Assembly: GCF_001194135.2 (NCBI RefSeq)
Contig: NC_068998.1
Location: forward strand, 9,698,405-9,735,010
Direction of reading: 5' to 3'
DNA length: 36,606 nt
Source: Octopus bimaculoides
Lineage: Eukaryota
Position 1 is the first letter of the stretch, and each line of letters opens with the position of its first letter. The notes below the pieces were generated by a model, which searched no databases, was not told the DNA's origin, and saw nothing but the letters and a program-made list of their open reading frames with translations. The position numbers were made by a program, and so were the translations under genes. Positions 34,293 to 36,606 of this stretch are shown here, in pieces.

Positions 34293-34700
34293 AAGTTTAT
34301 TTATCTAATGGAGAGTTACTTGTTCTGTTAAAGTTTAAAATTTATAACATTTAAATTCTATCTAGATTTGAAAATTAATCGATGAGACAGCCAAGCGGGG
34401 GATTGTCTGTAACAGCATGGTTAGAGAGATTACATAAGTCACTAAATTGATTCATGGGTGTATGCCTACATACACACACACACAAACACACTAACAGATA
34501 AACCACCAAACCATGCACACACACACACGTTCTGTTATCACACACACACTCGCAGACTCTCGCGCACGCACAGATATTCATCTCGCTTTTTCACTCTCCT
34601 GTCTTAGAAAGAACTTTTCCCCCACCACCTCCTCTTCCGGTCTTTTCACAATGTAACCTCGTGAGCATCGGTACCATTTTCCTCTTTCTCCGTTTTTCCA

Positions 34701-34737
34701 TCTTTCCGACGAAGGGCTACGCCCGAAACGTCATACA
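34701..34737 (+). ncRNA. Minimal type I hammerhead ribozyme motif in a probable Penelope pLTR relic (~34560-34815)
   Basis: UCUUU-CCGACGA-A-GGGC(UAC)GCCC-GAAACGUC^AUACA. Stem III is the palindrome ACGU; stem I pairs at only 3 of 5 positions. Downstream gagcgtc.aa..aac.cta resembles 14421-14440. Confidence 0.6.
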
Positions 34738-34839
34738 CTCTCTCTTTCCTTTCCCGAGCGTCCAATAACACTATCTGTTTCACGTCCTCACTTCGTTGTT
34801 TTTTTTTAACTTACATATATATATACATACATATATCGA

Positions 34840-34930
34840 TCTATACATATATAAACGGCAGCCTGTTTGTTTGTGTCAAGATGCTGTCTACACCCGTTGA
34901 TGAATCTTCGTGAAACTTTGCTTCCCGGGG
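34840..34930 (+). mobile_element. Possible Helitron-type 5' terminus (3' end not identified)
   Basis: A|TCTATACATATATAAA start, then a gtttgtttgt tract and an atcttcgtgaaactttg motif, reminiscent of animal Helitron 5' ends (from memory). Confidence 0.35.
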
Positions 34931-35741
34931 CCTGTATTCGTTCGTGCCACACAGCGCAATACCGCACCACCACCGTTCTGCTATTCATTAGTGTACCTCG
35001 TGTACGAAGTGCATTCACCCAACGTAAGATTGTTAGCGCCGAAACTCACGCTGAATTCTTCTATCGTCTACAGCGCCATGGTTTCACCTGAAAAGAAAAA
35101 TAAATGCTTAGACACCACGGACCGAATGGTACCTGTCGGAAATATATCCCGCCATCTGGGGCTGAGTAATAGTCATTTCGAAGACGTCCGTCCACTCTGC
35201 CCGCCCTAAATATGGCGAGCTTTTACAGTTACCATCTACCATATTAGTAATCGCGGAGACTATAGCATCAGACATCCGCGCAGTGGGACGAACTCAAATT
35301 CACATAGTTGCAAAGCTAGCTTTCTTGACCAAACCGCAATGCCTGCCCGAAGTTCACAAAAATAGACAAGCGTCACATCAACTCCAGACTGATGCAACTG
35401 TAAAAATATGATCCAAGGGAAATAATGTAAAGAGTTGTTTCCCTTGCTGAACTGCATTAACTTTTGTCCTCTGGAGTTCAGCGTATTCGGGACGCTACAG
35501 TATTTTAACACTGAGTTACTTCGCCACAACCGCTGGTTAATGAACAATAATTCCGGTTTTAAAGTATTAGTTTTTCACAGTATACCCACATAGTAAATTT
35601 ATTCATGCTATGTTGTCTGGGAATAAGGAAAGGTAAAAATAAGGATTCGTGATTATTTTTAAAAGTCTCAGCCTGACAGAAATATTAATTAGTATGTCCT
35701 AGGTGGAGGATGTACAAAGAATTCGCTGTAAGTTTGAATAT

Positions 35742-36050
35742 AGGTGCAGGCGTGGCTGTGTGGTAAGAAGTTTGTTTCTCAACCACACGTTTCCGGGTTC
35801 AGTCCCACTACGTAGCACCTTGGGCAGGCTGACCAAAGCCTTGCGAGTGAATTTGGTAGGCGGAAACTGAATAGAAGTCCATCGTATATGTATATGTGTG
35901 TGTTTGCGTCCCCGTAACGGTTCGGCAAAAGCGACCGATAGAAAAGTACCAGGTTTACAAAGAATAAGTGCTGAAGTCGATTTGTTCGACGAAAACGCGG
36001 TGCTATAGCGTAGTCGCAGTCAAAATGATTGAAACAAATAAAAGAAAAAT
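35742..36050 (+). mobile_element. tRNA-derived SINE family A, near full length
   Basis: aggtgcaggcgtggctgtgtggtaag...gggttcagtcccact...gcagtcaaaatgattgaaac. Confidence 0.85.
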
Positions 36051-36302
36051 GTAAAAATAAATAAAATACATTTTAAGCTGTGCATCCATAATTCAAGAAC
36101 CTAGCTTCGTGGAAGCGCCTTTGGAACGAAGCCCTAAACACGCCAGACATTTTCCTAGCTTTCAAATAATACATCAGCACAGTGCGTCTGTACGACAGGG
36201 CCCCTAAAAGTTAATACCGCTGATATTTATACTATATTTTTGTTTACACTGAATTTGAGTTTTTAAAATGGAAGGTATTTTTATTTCATTATAATGTGTG
36301 TG

Positions 36303-36606
36303 TTGGCACTCCGTCGAGGGTTCCAGTTGATCCGATCAACGGAACAGCCTACCCGTGAAATTAACGTGCAAGTGGCCGAGCACTCCACAGACACGTGTAC
36401 CCTTAAAGTAGGTCTCGGGGATATTCAGCGTGACAGTGTGACAAGGCTGACCCTTTGAATTACAGGCACAACAGAAACAGGAAGTAAGAGTGAGAGAAAG
36501 TTGTGGTGAAAGAGTACAGCAGGATTCGCCACCATCCCCTGCCGGAGCCTCGTGGAGCTTTAGGTGTTTTCGCTCAATAAACACTCACAACGCCCGGTCT
36601 GGGAAT
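36303..36606 (-). mobile_element. tRNA-derived SINE (family C tail plus alternative middle module), running off the window edge
   Basis: The tail aligns to 5790-5958 and the middle to 32890-33005. Confidence 0.85.

Overview
Eukaryotic, AT-rich, microsatellite-dense draft-assembly window with many N gaps. The repeat landscape resembles an octopod cephalopod genome (inference, not verified). The only well-supported host gene is a + strand core-1 beta-1,3-galactosyltransferase (C1GALT1/T-synthase-like, GT31). It has three coding exons (14930-15149, 21114-21769, 22657-22791; 1011 nt, 336 aa) with canonical GT-AG junctions; its non-coding first exon could not be located. The rest is transposon debris and simple repeats: a Helitron RepHel N-terminal relic, two different Penelope-like GIY-YIG relics, two CR1-type LINE 3' fragments, an L1/Tx1 zf-RVT fragment, about 20 tRNA-derived SINE copies from several families, and four Penelope-type minimal hammerhead ribozyme motifs. 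I found no clearly new multi-gene system. The best leads are (i) a T-synthase-like paralog with substituted acceptor-site residues and rewired cysteines, (ii) hammerhead motifs, two of them with a C-for-U4 core variant, (iii) fold-back inverted duplications inside a Penelope relic and inside a SINE, (iv) head-to-tail SINE stacking, and (v) a branch point that appears to fall in a SINE tail. Most ORFs in the supplied track are artefacts of N runs, microsatellites or SINEs. No rRNA, intact tRNA or CRISPR array was seen.
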